Assembly (NCBI GenBank): GCA_040755315.1
Contig: JBFMBF010000026.1
Coordinates: 1 to 16,940 of the forward strand
Length of the DNA stretch: 16,940 bases
Origin: Candidatus Hadarchaeota archaeon
GTDB lineage: Archaea; Hadarchaeota; Hadarchaeia; Hadarchaeales; Hadarchaeaceae
Direction of reading: 5' to 3'
The translations under genes were made by a program, and so were the position numbers. How positions within the stretch are numbered: the first letter of the stretch is position 1; each line of letters opens with the position of its first letter. Shown one piece after another: positions 15,488 to 16,940 of the stretch. Under the pieces are notes generated by a model. The model was not told where the DNA came from, ran no database searches, and saw only the letters and a list, made by a program, of their open reading frames with translations.

Positions 15488-16104
15488 CGGGACCCTTCAA
15501 AAATGATTTTTGCGACTTTTACCCTGATTTCATCCAGCTCCCTCTTCATCCGGCCGTCGAATGTTTCGTCCACTTCCACCTTTCCGTCCGCGCTTTTTAC
15601 CATGACACCGCCAATCACCTGAATCGGCTCGCCGAAAGCCACGCTGGCCTTCCCCCCGAGCGCCTTGATTATTTCCTTTTCCGACTTTTTCATCTCCTGG
15701 AGGTCACGCCTGTTCGCAAAGATGACGACATCGGCACGGCCAAGTTTCCTTCGCGCGGCAACCGCCCGCTTCACCAGGCTCTTTTTGTATGTTTCCAGCC
15801 TGACGAATTTCTCCAGCCCCTTTTCCGCCTCCTTGAAGATGCTGTTAATCTTCTCCTCCCTCCTCTGCAGCGCCTCCTTTTTCGCCTGGAGCTTGCCCTT
15901 CGCCAAAACCTCCACGGCGGCCCTCTTTCCTTCGACCTTGGCGTCATTCAGGATTTTTTCTTCTTCCTCCCTCGCCGTGAACTTTGCCGCATGCAGGATG
16001 GTGGCGGCCTCCTTTTTTGCCGAAGAAATAAGCTCCTCGGCCTTCTGGTTCGCCTCTTTTAGCAACTCCGCTACCATCAGCTGCGTGTTCTTGCTCACCG
16101 CCAA
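15484..16104 (-). CDS. atpE: A/V-type ATP synthase subunit E
   Basis: K/E/A-rich coiled coil with C-terminal IGGVMVKSADGKVEVDETFDGRM. TTG 16104 follows a GGGGGTGA RBS (ORF track start is 16119). Confidence 0.92.
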   Translation of the reverse strand: MAVSKNTQLMVAELLKEANQKAEELISSAKKEAATILHAAKFTAREEEEKILNDAKVEGKRAAVEVLAKGKLQAKKEALQRREEKINSIFKEAEKGLEKFVRLETYKKSLVKRAVAARRKLGRADVVIFANRRDLQEMKKSEKEIIKALGGKASVAFGEPIQVIGGVMVKSADGKVEVDETFDGRMKRELDEIRVKVAKIIFEGSR

Positions 16105-16119
16105 CGCCTCACCCCCCAA

Positions 16120-16587
16120 TCAGAAGAGCCCCAGTCCCATCAGGAGGAGGAACGAGGCTATGAATCCGAGTATGGCGTAGGTTTCCACCATCACGGCGTA
16201 GACCACCGACGGCGTGAAAGCCTCTGCCCTCTTGGAGAAAGCCGAAACACCTGCGACGCAGACCTTCCCTTGATAATATGCCGTGAAACCTTGGACCACT
16301 CCTGGGAGGACTGCTACCAACGCCGCGGCCCCGACAACCGTGGGCTTTAGCGCCCCGCTGAAGAGCCCGGTCCCGATAAGCGTCAGCATGCCTATGATGA
16401 AGCCGTAGAATCCCTGGGTACCGGGGATGACCTCCAGCACGAAGAGCTTCGTCCACTTCTTGGGATCCTCCGCGGTGATTGCAGCCGAGGCTACGCCGAC
16501 CATGTGCACCGACGCGGCCGAGACAAGCCCGGGGATTGCAACTGCCAATCCCGCCGCCAGAGCCACCAGCACCGATTCACTTACCAA
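16120..16587 (-). CDS. atpK: A/V-type ATP synthase proteolipid subunit K (c), double hairpin, Na+-site motif
   Basis: Four TM helices. PGTQGFYG in hairpin 1; YQG and VETYAI in hairpin 2. GGGGGTGA RBS with TTG start. Confidence 0.95.
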   Translation of the reverse strand: MVSESVLVALAAGLAVAIPGLVSAASVHMVGVASAAITAEDPKKWTKLFVLEVIPGTQGFYGFIIGMLTLIGTGLFSGALKPTVVGAAALVAVLPGVVQGFTAYYQGKVCVAGVSAFSKRAEAFTPSVVYAVMVETYAILGFIASFLLLMGLGLF

Positions 16588-16940
16588 TCAACTCACCCCC
16601 TTTCACTTGTGTAACCGCCCTTTTAGCTTTAAAGGGAGCAAACTTTTCCCCGGTGCCATCGTAAAACTTGCTGAAAAACTCAGCAAAATGGAGACGCAGG
16701 GTGTGGATGGTTCCCCCCAATGCCGCGAGGAAAAGAGTGAAGCAGTGCCCGGCTATGAAGACAAACGCTATGCCGACCATCATGGCAATCGCAATTATCA
16801 GCGCCGGCGACAGGACCAGGTTTGGTCTCACCATCCCATCAAACGCCATGCCGAGGATGAGGTTCAAGAGATAGGCTATGACGGTGGTGGAAACACCAAG
16901 GGCCATCAACCTGCTGTAGGATGTGACGTCCGCGATGAGT
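16577..16940 (-). CDS. atpI: A/V-type ATP synthase subunit I (a), C-terminal part (5' truncated by window)
   Basis: LIADVTSYSRLMALG (essential Arg) and IHTLRLHFAEFFSKFYDGTG..FAPF. Confidence 0.96.
   Translation of the reverse strand, partial: LIADVTSYSRLMALGVSTTVIAYLLNLILGMAFDGMVRPNLVLSPALIIAIAMMVGIAFVFIAGHCFTLFLAALGGTIHTLRLHFAEFFSKFYDGTGEKFAPFKAKRAVTQVKGGELIGK

Noticed and set aside
13261..16874. Plus-strand and alternate-frame ORFs over the ATP synthase genes
   Set aside because: Shadows of well-conserved genes

Overview
Archaeal DNA: BRE/TATA promoters, GGTGA-type RBSs, oligo-T terminators and class III signal peptides. All genes I can support are on the minus strand. Reading in transcription order (right to left): (1) the 3' part of an A/V-type ATP synthase operon, I(partial)-K-E-C-F-D, with the catalytic A and B genes absent from their usual place between F and D and a Na+-type double-hairpin c subunit; (2) a ~1.6 kb cassette between two 63-bp direct repeats, holding a decayed homospermidine synthase fragment and an AAA_14/DUF4143 ATPase whose TATA box lies at the centre of a long palindrome; (3) an ~11.4 kb type IV pilin-like locus. 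The locus encodes a probable major pilin, a small pilin, two paralogous ~590-650 aa minor pilins with inserted DNRLRE domains, a membrane-anchored Zn-dependent phospholipase C/P1-nuclease-fold hydrolase overlapping its pilin neighbours, and a giant (>1586 aa) pilin-headed adhesin. The adhesin runs off the window edge and is missing from the ORF track. It is built from nested domains: an apparently circularly permuted DNRLRE, a 6-blade Kelch propeller, DUF4082-like modules and a lamin-tail domain. Family assignments come from motif recognition by eye, not database searches.
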